Shown here: piece by piece, positions 53,701 through 64,000 of the stretch
How the letters are laid out: each line of letters begins with the position of its first letter
Numbering within the stretch: position 1 is the first letter of the stretch
DNA from: Lingula anatina
Lineage: Eukaryota; Animalia; Brachiopoda
Direction: 5' to 3'
Assembly (NCBI GenBank): GCA_051362555.1
Contig: CM120640.1
Coordinates: 68,674,788-68,738,787, forward strand
Length of the DNA stretch: 64,000 bases
Position numbers and translations under genes: made by a program
Notes under the pieces: generated by a model
What the model saw: the letters and a program-made list of their open reading frames with translations, nothing else
What the model was told of the DNA's origin: nothing
Database searches by the model: none

Positions 53701-56700
53701 AGATTGCACTTGCTTCAGCTTCTCCTCCATGGCAGAGACTGCAGCCTCGTGGGTCTGCCGTTGCTCCTCTGCCTGCTTCTCCAGGGCTTCAACTTTCTGC
53801 TTCACTGCAGACTCCTGGCTCTCAAGCTGGCTTTTCTTTTGGTCCAACTCTATCTTTGCATCTCTTAGCAGCTGATTTAGTTCAGAGACAAAGGACTCAT
53901 GATCACTGAGGGATTTCTTATACTCTTCAATGCTCTCCTCTAGCTTAGTGATCTGGGCCTGTTTCTGTTGAAGCTCCGAGTTTGTCTGACCGACAGACTC
54001 CTCTAGAGCTGCCACTTTGGAGGTTAGCATGCCAACTGTAACTTCCTGTTTGTTTTCGTTCTCTGTGAATTAGGAAAACAATTACAAGTTAATCCCGAGA
54101 AAACTAATACTAAAATGTCTAGAACAAATTAACAGTGGTATGTTAATATGGTCCCCGTCTGCTCCAACTTCACATCCCCAAAAAGCACCTAGACCAAAAA
54201 AGATCCAGCTATTAGTTTTCTTCCCCATTAGGCACTTCCCTAATTGTCCAACTCACAGCAAGCATAGAAGAGTCTATAAGAAAAAACACAAAACAAAAAT
54301 TAGTTTTTAAGATTACATTTATTAATAAATAATTTTAATATCAATTTAAAAGTCACAAAAGAAATGACTGAAGGCTACACATTAAACTATCTAAAAAACA
54401 AAGATGTAATACTGGGAGTGGAATAAAGCACCAGCAAAAATCAATAATACCCTATATATTCTACACATAAGACATTTACAAAAAACAGTGATCAAAATAA
54501 TATATTAAAAATGCGTCTTCACAAATAAAATTTGGTATAAAATGCACCACTTGTAGAACAAATTTAACATAAAGAGATCAATCTGCACAATATTTTGTCA
54601 CTACAATGTTTTAACTAAGACTTTGAACGTAAAAAGTATACTGTAGAAACCCTGTGGAAAGGACAGCTGTATCACATGCTGTGGCACCATCACATTTTTA
54701 TAATCAGGTGACAAGAAAATAACATGATTTTATGTTTTTTCACTGGAACTAACCTTTTAAAAATGAGATCTTTTTTTTTTTTTTTGAAATTCACATTTTG
54801 TATTTTGAAAAATTAAAAAAAAAAAGGCTTTTGCAAGATTCATAAAAAAATTCAGGCAAAGGGCAATTTTTTCTTGGTTCTGGATCTTAAACTGTAAGGT
54901 TTTAGTAGACTGGACTTTCTCTTAGCAATTTTACTGTCAATAACCTTGCTCTTCCTACGCCCTGGTGTACCTCCAAAGAGGGAGGACCTTTTACGCTTTG
55001 AGGCCGAACTGAGTTTTTCATCAGTCTTTTCCTTAGATTTTCTTTTCAAGGGACTTTTGCCCATTAAACGAAGAAGGCTAGTTTTGGTATGCTTTGCAAT
55101 AAAGCCACATTTTGAAGGTGTGAGCTTAAGTCTCATACTATGAGCAGCAGCCTCGTGGGCTTCTTGTCTTTCATCGTGTCTACTAGGCGTTCCTTTGGGC
55201 GTCTCTACCTTCTGGTCAACTACAATTTTAGGCACAGGACTTGAGGAGACGCCGTCCTGAGCATTACAAGCTGCCAGTGAGGGGCTGACCTGGGTTGTAG
55301 TGTGACTTGTGCTAGGTTTACTACCTGATGTAGTCTCTAGCTGAGACTGAAGCTCTTGGATTGTCTTGTCTCGGGCATCCAGCTTACTGTTGGCAGTCTC
55401 CACAGCCTCTCGGGTCTCTTCAAGTACCTTGTTCAGTTCTTCAATGGTCAATGCCTTTAAAAAAAATTTAAAAATCTGACATCAGAACTTTAGGTGCTAC
55501 ACCAGTATTGAAGTCTGTATGAAGACAACAGCATATTTTAGAAACCACATAACTTATTTCACTTACGCATGCAAATTTGAAGTTTGTTTTCTTTTTTTTT
55601 TTTTAATAGAAAAAGTAAGCTTAACTTAGCAAAAAATAAATTGCAACATTAAAAACAAAACAACAAGCATATAACCAAAAATATTTTTCTCATTGGGTTT
55701 GGGAAAAACTGTAACTGTGTGTCAGAGTGGAGAGCGGTTGTCAGCAGAATTGTTCTTCCAATATTTTAAGGGTGACGTACAGTGCACCCAGCAATACCTG
55801 TTGTTCAATTTTCTCCACCTCCTGTGATAATGCCTCCTTCAGCTTGCCTATCTCTTCCTCCTTCTGCTGGAACGTCTCTCCCGCTTCTGTCAGCATCTCA
55901 TTCAAGTCCTCTGCCTCCTTACTCTGGGGAAGAGAAACCAAGGCAAACTGTTAAAGGAATGCTTTTTAAAATTTTGTTGTTCTTTATTTTGACCCTTTAA
56001 AAACATTCCCAGCCTCTGTCGACAATCAACTCTCATCATTTTCATTCAAACTATAGACAATCATCCATTAGCTCTCAATTTCCCAAAAGAGTTCCCAGTT
56101 ACCTTCTGTGCCAACTGTTCTTTGGAGTGCTGGAGTTCCCTTCCAAGATTCTCCATTAGCTCATTAGTTTCAATGTCTCCTGAATTAGACCTCTTATGTT
56201 CTACCTGAGCCTGGCAGAGAAAGAAAGAATGAGTGCTTCTTTTCAATGACCAATTTAAGATCTAGTGTTAAGTTAGTCCCTTGATTGGTAAAATTTGAAT
56301 TTAAATGACAATTAAAGTATCAACTAGAAAAGCACTCCGAGAGCGCAGACCTCCGCCAAGGCAGCAATTTTGATTATTATTGATTATTGATCTGGATCAT
56401 CACCAAAAACTAATCACTTCTAAGTTAACCCATTTCTGACCTACCCTGAAAATTTCATCAAAATTGGTTGATGACAAACAGACAGACAGACAGACAAACA
56501 AACAAACAAACAAGGGAGAAAACATAACCTCCTTGGCAGAGGTAAAAAGGAGTTATTGATAGAGAAAAAAAAAAAAAAGCTCTTACTTGTGTGATTTTCC
56601 TCTTCACCTCATCCAACTGTTCCTTGGCTTCCGCCAGTTCTGCTTCCAAGCAGGCTTTTTCCTTCTGTAACTTTTCACAGGCCTCTTGTTCACTCTGGGA

Positions 56701-59700
56701 ATTTTCCTGAAAGATGGCACATACTACAAAACCAAGACTCTACATTTCAAAAATTCTGTTTTCTCTGACCAACAGGTGGAACAATTTTGCAGGTGCTTCA
56801 AAACACATGGAGGAGTGGATGTCTTTTTAATGCAAAAAGTACCAAGTTCCAGGATTTCATCCTAGGCAAATCAATGGGGTAGAAACACAGGCCAAGCCAA
56901 TGCACTAAAAAACATATAACCTAATAATTTTGCTATCAGAGATAAACCTGACACGCCGATTTAAACTTCTGACCTACCGACTGCTTGCTCTTGAAGCTGG
57001 CCACTTCAAACTGCAGTTTGGTGTTTTCTGCCATCAAATTGTTCTTCTCCGTGGTCATCAGCCTCATGTCCTCCCTGCTGGCCCTCAGGTCTGCCTGGAG
57101 ACTGCCCAGCTTGGTCTGCAACTCATGGAGCTGCTTCTCCAGGTCCTGCATGGGGGAAAAAAAACAATAAAAATTATCAACATGGAAAGGGATATTACTG
57201 TAAGCGAAAAAAATGTTTTTTCTAATCCTTACAACCAAACAAAACTACGGAAGCAGATATCATAAATCAACAAGAATCTGGAAGAACTTATGGTTTGATC
57301 ACATTGATCTCCTGGTGAAAGGAGGCATAGAAGAAAACATTCTAACTTTGTCGTTGTTGAAGTTTATTATACTGTATAACACCTTTAATGGAGAACTTGA
57401 GCAGGGTCAGTAATTCACCTGATTCTTAATCTGAGCTGCATGTAGCACCTGGCTGGAAACCCATTCATCCTCCTCGTCTTCAAACCTGTCCACTCGTGCT
57501 CTCTTCCTGGTCTTCCTCACAGACTGCGTGAACATCTCGATCCTCTTCTCTGCCTTCTCCTCCACCATGATGGTCTCCTCTCGCAGTCTCTCACTGACAG
57601 AAATGATTACAAGGTTTTGATAATTTTGTTCATCTTTAAAGCTAATAAAAAACACTTCTCTGTATGAAATTCAAAAACTGATCTTAAAAACCATTTCAAT
57701 AACAATATTAATGAGTAGAGAGCTGAAGCTAATATAGTCAAAATTTATCAAAAGCGCAACCAAAACCCGTTTGCCTGGGTTTCTTCATAGCAAAATTTGC
57801 CCCCTTTGCTTTCAACTTCATTTTAAAAAGAATGTTAAAACATAATTAGAAAGCATAGTCTGGGCATCTTCCACGCTAACTTATAATGAACAAGACAACA
57901 ATTTCCAGTACAGAACCTCAAGGGAAAACAAGCTCAATATGTCTGCATTTCAATGAAAAATTGTTATGTGCAAACAGTGAAAATCTCAGTGTGCTCAGTT
58001 ACCTGTACTGGTTCTCAATCTGTACCAACTGTTGCGCCATCTCCTGACACACCTCCTCCCGTATCTGAGCCTCCATCTGGGCCATCTTGCGCTTCTCAGA
58101 CAGCAGGTCCTTCTTCAGGGACTGGATGATGTCCAGCAGCTCCTACAAATGGGGACAAATGACACAAACTGGGTGAAAAGTATGCCAAACATACTAGCCA
58201 CTGAGACCATTCTTATCTTTGAGAGGTTCACATATATTTTTACATTGAACAGCACACTGAAGACACAACATCCATAAACTACTGGATTCATAACTAATGT
58301 TTTCACATATTTCCAATCAGATAAAAAAAACTTTCATATGAAACTAAAATCAGAAATAAATGTCAAATAAACTTATCAGTTTTCCAGATAACCATTTTAA
58401 ATTACATGTAGCTCTCAGCCCTGTTGTTATCCACATGGTAAAACACAGGGGGCCATAAGATATCTGCACACTGACTTCAGGAAGCCAGCACTATGTGAGC
58501 AAGGATATAATTCATCATTGAGCTAGCAGACTCAACATTTTACTATAGATTATATATATAGGGAGAGAGTAAAAAAATTACCTGTTCCCTGTCTGTCTCA
58601 GACTCCTCAAACAGGCCGTCCTCATCGTCCTCCGGAATAGGCAGGTTCATAGCCTCCAACATTGTGCCTGTGGGAGAAAGAAAGCGGGACACCGGTGTCA
58701 TGGTCTCATCTTAAGTAAGCCAAGTGTATTTTTCAAATCCCTTTCCTTGCTGGGTTGGTTATCATGACAACATCTTTTTGGAAGTTGTTATTTACTGTCA
58801 CTAATTTAAATGTTCAATTTTACAAAATATAAATGAAAGTAACGTAGGTGTTAGAGCAAGATTTTTGGGTGCAGGACTAATTAAAGTACTAAAAATAACA
58901 TTTGATGCCAGGAAATTTTAACAGTCTGTTCTCTTTGTGAAAAATTACAACAGAGATCTGTTAGAAATAGTCGTCAGAGTGGCCCATACCAGGAGTGGCC
59001 CAGCTGATGGAGGGCCTGACAGCAGAGGATCTGGGCGTCTGAGCCAAGGCCATGGAAACCAAACGAGCTGCATTCCTCGTCTTCTTCTTCTCTTCCTCTG
59101 GGGGTTTCTGTATCACAACCACCTGATAACACCAAACAACATACAAGTCCATTAATACCTGAAGGTCAAGGTAAAGGCTCACATATCATCAGAATCACAT
59201 TTAATATACATTTCACTAATAAATTGCCATAATCATGAATAAAAACTTAATTCTCTCTGGAATACAAATAGGTTTTGACAGTATTATTATTTGTTGAAAT
59301 GCTATTCTGAACTTTTTCAAGTTACTTAGAGTACAGGGAGCAAAGAGGGTATGGAATAAATAAAATATCCTAGGGAGATGTGAAAACAGGAGATTCACAG
59401 ACAAGGTGGATAAAAGAGTGAGAAGAACATCCAAATTTCTGATGTCCTCCACCTCCTCACCTGTTTTGCTATAGCTGAGAACTTCAAGACGTGAAGAGTT
59501 TCATCAAACAAAGAGGCACACTGGTTGACGTTCACTATCATGGCAGCCTTCCCTTTGCCACAGAAGAAGTTCTGGAACAGTCGGGTGAGTTTGCTCTCAC
59601 GGAAGGGAATAATCTTCGGATGTTCTCTAAACAATGAAATAACATTTTTTTTTTATAGAAAAGGTTGACCAAATGAAATATTGTTGCACAGCTTATACAT

Positions 59701-59770
59701 TTTTGCCATTTATCAAAGCTGAAAAATATTTTAGAGGTCAACTCAGCTATTTGGATAAGAGAATTTTTAA

Positions 59771-59806
<36 letters not shown>

Positions 59807-62800
59807 TAACATACTTGAAATCTCACAAGAATGATGGAACTATCATCACTAAGATAAAGGATCTCTTCGGGAAAACCAGTAGCAATTCTTTCTGACTTGC
59901 AAGTTTGAGCAAGTTCATTTTATTATTTCAGCTAAAAACATTCTCTTACACTATATGCAAGGAAATAATGAACACCTACTTGTGGAACTGATTATGTTTA
60001 AGTGCAGCAATACATCTCCCCAACGTGAGGAGGGAGGTGTTGATGTTCCCAGCTTCCTTCAGTCTCTCTCCTGTATTGTGAGTCTTGGTGTAGCGCTCGG
60101 ATCCAGCCAAATCACAGAAAGACAACCTAGACAAAAAATCAATCAAAACTCGATTGCATCAACAATAAAATGCTAAAGACCAAACATATCCAGACTTATT
60201 ATATCTGTTTTGTTAAAAGACCAGCTGAACAGTATTTCATTATCATCTCATACTCACATGCTGATTCTAGCTACATGGGGATCATCTTTGGCAACTACTC
60301 GCAGCACCTTGATTGTGAAAATACAATGGCTGAAAAAAAAAAGATAATTCCAATATTTACCAACATTGTAGTGTATCAGCCAGAAAAGAGGAGAAATTGA
60401 ATTGGCAATGTTAATCATTTACTAGTAGTCAAGCATGATTTTGGATTGCAAGAAAAAAAGTTGAAGAAATGGCTTCGTGGCCATATGATCACATTCGGAA
60501 CTCCTCGACAATTTCCGGCTATCTTCCGAACGCCTTGAAACTAGTCTCGGATGTATGACAGTAAAAAATGTTGCCTAAGCACAACATATGTGATCAGGTC
60601 AAGAACCCGGATGGACGGCGCCGCATCACTAATGTATACTGCAATCAAAACAATATAGTTCCCCCAAAACACGTGGATCTAACAAATATGGCGTCATTCG
60701 ACGAATGTATTGAATATGCACTATCTTCCTGCCCACTTTTTAAAGATCAAGACTTCAAACTACGTGAAAAACAACTGGAAACACTGAGGATATTGTCGAG
60801 GAGTTCTGAATGTCCTGTCAGGGCGCCGTCATGTTTATTATTGTTTACATCCGGGTATCTAGAGTAGTTTGCACTACTACCAAAATGGCGACGTCTGTCA
60901 TACGGCCGAGATATGATGACGCAGGAATCAATCGACGGTGAGCCGAGTGCATATGATCAATGAAGTTCAACTGTGAAGAAAAAAATGTCAAAGTTTGAAA
61001 TACTCATCATCCTGCCTGGGACATCAGAGCATACTGAACACCGAATCAAATGCAGAAGGCACAGTTTGGAAGAGATCACATACCTTCTACTTGAGCTATG
61101 GTTCAGCTTTGTGCAGGCCACCTGTAGGTTCTTCTTCCCAATGGTCAGAACCCGGTAAGCTTCATCAGCACTGGTTACCTGAACAGACTTCAAACCTGGA
61201 AACATGGCCAAAGTTTAGTACAATTTTTGTCTTGTGATTTATCCTACTGCTCTATTTCATACACACAAAAGAATATTTTACTATGCCCAGGCATGAGACC
61301 AGTCCTCACTGAAAAAGTAGGATTTACACAATTCACAAGAATGACACAAATGACTCTGAAAAAGTCAGAATTCCGTCAAAAGTTGGAAAAGTCTCATCAG
61401 TGCATGCCAATTCACATATAATGCACAGCTGACACCTATCTCACCTCTAATATATGGGCTGCCATTCTTGTCTTCACTAAGTTTGAGAGTAGGCCGCCTA
61501 GCATTTTTCTTCTTAGGGAGAGGTTCCAGTAAGTCGTAGATGTACTCGTTGTAGACCTCAGCAAAGCTGACCCACACAGAGAACTTGACCTGACCTTGAC
61601 CTTCCACACTGATCGCTGCCTCCTCACGAACGCGGTTCTCTGCCTCCTCAAACAGCTTTTCCAGGTTCTCCTTGTCTTCTGCAAGTCCGATTATATAAAT
61701 AAATGCTAACAGCCATTTGCATACACCATCTAATTTAAAGTATGTAAAATCTTTCTACAAATTATTGTAATGTAATTCTTCAGGAAATACTAAAAGTTTA
61801 AAGACAGACTTGACTAATTCTTCAAAGGCAATAGTGCAGACTGATTTACCAATAAACAGTTTAAGGGCTAAAATTGTGTTTGTCCTATTGCAAACCCTTA
61901 TAACTGACTTCAGGAATGCACAATTTTGTTATGATACAACTACACACACCATCTTCAGTCTCAATAGCCGACTCTACGGGATTGCTTTCTTGACTCTCAT
62001 CCTGGCTTGTGGCGGTGGATGTGGAATCTAAGCTTGGAGCCAGGGACTCTGCAGAGGTCCGCGTGCTGCAGCTAATCCTGGACATGTCACTGAGGTCATC
62101 TCCAAGGAGGCTGGTCACGTCAGGCTCCTACAGGGAATGAATGGGGGGGGGGGGGGGGGAGGTCAAACAGTGAAACCAGCCACTAACAACTGAGCATTCA
62201 TATTTGTAAAAAATGTTCATGAAATCAATTATAATCCACTTGTACTACCCAAAATCATAATTCATGTTTATTTCTCTGCACTGATTATTGTAACCACTAT
62301 GAAAGTGGTATATTTATATCTATAATTTATTTGACATTATCACTGCTTATCACTACACTTTGCTCAAAATATTTGTCGTACCTCCGGAGTGGCAAGGCTC
62401 ATGACGTTCTCCTTGTTTTTCTTTTCTAGTTCTACTTGTTTATCCGAGAGCTTGACGACGTCAGTGAACATCCTTGGTTTCAGACTCATGCTCTCCCACT
62501 GCTGGCCCTCTATACTGTTGAACAGCACGTCCAAGGCTCTGGGGAGGATTCCGCCATCTTTAGGGTTACCTGGAACGCAGGAGCATCAAAATGATTACTT
62601 TTCATACACTTTCTGAGTTGAAAAATTGGTGTACTGACATTTCAATGGCAATGTCCGAGACTAACCTTAGGGGTGTTTTACAAGCATTTAAAAACATCTT
62701 AGTTGTTTTTAAATGCACAGCAAAAAAGGCAGTAAAAAAGGGGCCTTATCTTTCCCAATTCAGTCCCCAAACAAAAAAATCCTCTTATTCAAGTTTACCT

Positions 62801-63293
62801 GAAGTTTACCTGTTGCTGAGCTTTAGAATTTCAATTAACCACGATTCCTTCAGAACCATCCATATTTTTTAATTAGAAATTTTGTAGAACTATAATTAGT
62901 GCATAGCAGAACATGCTTTTTCCTTGAGGGAAATTAGACTTGGAGTAAAAAATGTTGTACAGAACACCTTTCAAATAAAGTGTATTACAATGTAAACACC
63001 CCACCATTAGTCATAGCACGATTTAAGAAATCACCTTGAATAGTGTAAGTCTTTCCAGAGTTTGTAACTCCATAGGTAAAAACAAGGCAGTTCTGCCCAT
63101 CAATAAAGTCTTTCACAGTGCCAAGCATGGTCTCATCAAAGAACTGTTTCTGTTCCGTTCCCTCTGAGAAGATCTTGGAAAATGTGAACTTGTGAGTCAT
63201 TTTTCCACAGCCATGTGTGCTGTTCTTGAAGGTAACAGACTCCTTTGGTGCATGCATGACCAGGTTGTTGATATTCTCAAGTTCCATACAGCC
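43638..63293 (-). CDS. KIF20B: Kinesin-6 family motor, long KIF20B/MPP1-like isoform (>2520 aa in window; 5' end beyond 64000)
   Basis: Exons (minus): 63293-63035, 62569-62382, 62127-61950, 61678-61445, 61195-61084, 60329-60258, 60126-59980, 59626-59461, 59122-58990, 58667-58582, 58142-58003, 57593-57419, 57145-56978, 56706-56587, 56210-56103, 55923-55798, 55454-55325, 54062-51301, 51057-50893, 50501-50328, 49913-49721, 49511-49386, 49094-48834, 48572-48400, 48255-48160, 47900-47793, 47575-47354, 46726-46595, 45613-45437, 45209-45099, 44852-44753, 44066-43921, 43721-43638 (7572 nt, phases consistent). P-loop [11 protein letters not shown], long kinesin-6 loop-6 insert, switch I NHSSSRSH, switch [29 protein letters not shown], very long coiled coil. 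Tail motifs resemble vertebrate KIF20B as recalled ([12 protein letters not shown]; [11 protein letters not shown]). Confidence 0.88.
45286..45357. repeat. Poly(A) plus (AT)n microsatellite
   Basis: Directly visible. Confidence 0.95.
47689..47730. repeat. (AG)n microsatellite
   Basis: Directly visible. Confidence 0.95.
54281..54323 (-). terminator. Intronic polyadenylation signal of the short kinesin isoform
   Basis: Minus-strand AATAAA (plus tttatt 54318-54323), followed ~20 nt later by a U/GU-rich element (minus atttttgttttgtgtttttt, 54300-54281). It sits ~220 nt before the next acceptor at 54063. Confidence 0.65.
54852..55454 (-). CDS. Alternative (composite) terminal exon giving a short KIF20A/MKLP2-like isoform
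   Basis: Acceptor at 55454 (phase 0). The frame runs through the weak donor CAG|GTAGTA (55324) for 157 more codons to TGA at 54852. The tail is basic and S/T-P rich and ends [16 protein letters not shown]. Confidence 0.75.
   Translation of the reverse strand, partial: ALTIEELNKVLEETREAVETANSKLDARDKTIQELQSQLETTSGSKPSTSHTTTQVSPSLAACNAQDGVSSSPVPKIVVDQKVETPKGTPSRHDERQEAHEAAAHSMRLKLTPSKCGFIAKHTKTSLLRLMGKSPLKRKSKEKTDEKLSSASKRKRSSLFGGTPGRRKSKVIDSKIAKRKSSLLKPYSLRSRTKKKLPFA
56324..56545 (-). mobile_element. Short HINE/DINE-1-like Helentron derivative in kinesin intron
   Basis: CTAG end at 56324. Adjacent hairpin gcactc-cga-gagcgc. Subterminal IRs acctccgccaagg (56349) / ccttggcagaggt (56531-56543). 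(GACA)n(AACA)n microsatellite at ~56473-56512. Confidence 0.8.
59773..59804. repeat. (AT)n microsatellite
   Basis: Directly visible. Confidence 0.95.
60459..60972. mobile_element. Non-autonomous DNA element with interleaved inverted repeats and a truncated ORF start
   Basis: CpG-rich island in an AT-rich intron. Ends agttgaa/ttcaact. Direct repeat catatgatca (60482, 60950). IR pairs 60491-60516/60788-60813 and 60545-60561/60895-60911. Confidence 0.65.
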
Positions 63294-63344
63294 CTGAAAA
63301 TGAAGAGAGAGATCAATATTACCACTAAATTTAAAGTCATAATA

Positions 63345-63950
63345 ACTCTTCGTTTTGGCCAAAAATTGGATTTTCCTGGAGTAAACGGCAATTTTCCCGT
63401 ACTCACCAATGGTCAGCGACCCCATTCCTGCATTCAAAGTTAATCCAGGGTTTTTTTCCTAAACGTACGGTTTTTTGTTAAAATCTCTTAAGTGATTTTA
63501 ACTGACGGAGCCCTCTCTAACATAGCATATCGAGCGGGGTTTCTGATGACCTACTTAAAACCGCGGGAAAAGCAGACAACAACAACACTTTATTGCAATA
63601 AAATAAGATTCATACGATATAATCGTCTTAATTGCTCATATTCACAAGTGTGCAGTTCTGGGCTTTTCGTTATCCGACACACTGCACAAAAACTCGCAAC
63701 TTACGTCTGAGGATTGTGTCATGCGCCTGTGTTATTTTGGTCTCGACTGCACGCGAGAATCCGCGTGATGCGCCAAAATCCTTGGCAACGAATGCCTTGA
63801 TGACCGGGAAAAAAGGCACCGAAAGCCCTATTGACAAGCACAGTTTTTAGTTTTACTACAATAAGAGCCGTTTTAGTGGTGAAATGCAATATAATATATT
63901 TCCGTGTGTTGTTTCGAATGTATTTCTTGCGGAATTTTGAATCTCAAAGG
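63345..63950. mobile_element. Probable DNA-transposon remnants in kinesin intron
   Basis: CpG-rich non-coding stretch with hAT-like starts (caggaatggggtcgctgacc on minus at ~63430; cagggttttttt at ~63446). No kinesin-like exon found. Boundaries uncertain. Confidence 0.35.
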
Positions 63951-64000
63951 AAGAGTTATTATTGCTTTAAAATATTGTCATACAGTGGAACTTATGAAAT

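Noticed and set aside
51314-53909. Long plus-strand Ser/Phe/Leu-rich ORFs (e.g. 275 aa and 178 aa)
   Set aside because: Antisense shadows of the Glu/Lys/Gln-rich kinesin coiled-coil exon.
51289-54030. 913-aa ORF as a stand-alone golgin/myosin-like gene
   Set aside because: It has a phase-matched acceptor (54063) and donor (51300), and its downstream exons end in KIF20B-like motifs. No separate promoter is evident. It is best read as an internal kinesin exon, though an internal start is not formally excluded.
1-64000. tRNA, rRNA, snoRNA or prokaryote-type operon/defence systems
   Set aside because: None recognisable by eye, and the sequence is spliceosomal-intron-containing animal DNA. A covariance-model scan (Infernal, tRNAscan-SE) would be needed to exclude small RNAs.

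Overview
AT-rich, intron-rich animal genomic DNA. The repeat types suggest a marine invertebrate, possibly a mollusc or other lophotrochozoan (inference only). Most entries in the ORF track are exon fragments or noise. Splicing by hand (GT-AG, phase-checked) gives four well-supported genes. (1) A 4-exon myristoylated neuronal calcium sensor (+, 11575-19924, 204 aa). (2) A 13-exon TRPC-type channel (+, 24391-31545, 812 aa). (3) PDCD4 with 10 coding exons (-, 41750-32821, 437 aa). (4) A very large kinesin-6 (KIF20A/KIF20B type; -, 63293-43638; start lies beyond the window). Two weaker candidates are an unidentified gene at the left edge (-) and a small single-pass membrane protein (-, ~20635-20960). 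Introns and intergenic DNA carry Helentron/HINE-like elements, MITEs, a 570-bp foldback and microsatellites. The most notable signal is in the kinesin-6 gene. A composite exon has a weak donor at 55324, followed by an in-frame 157-aa basic tail, a stop and a full poly(A) signal. One locus could therefore make both a short KIF20A/MKLP2-like motor and a giant KIF20B/MPP1-like motor. All gene models are manual and need RNA-seq confirmation. No rRNA, tRNA or CRISPR array was recognised.
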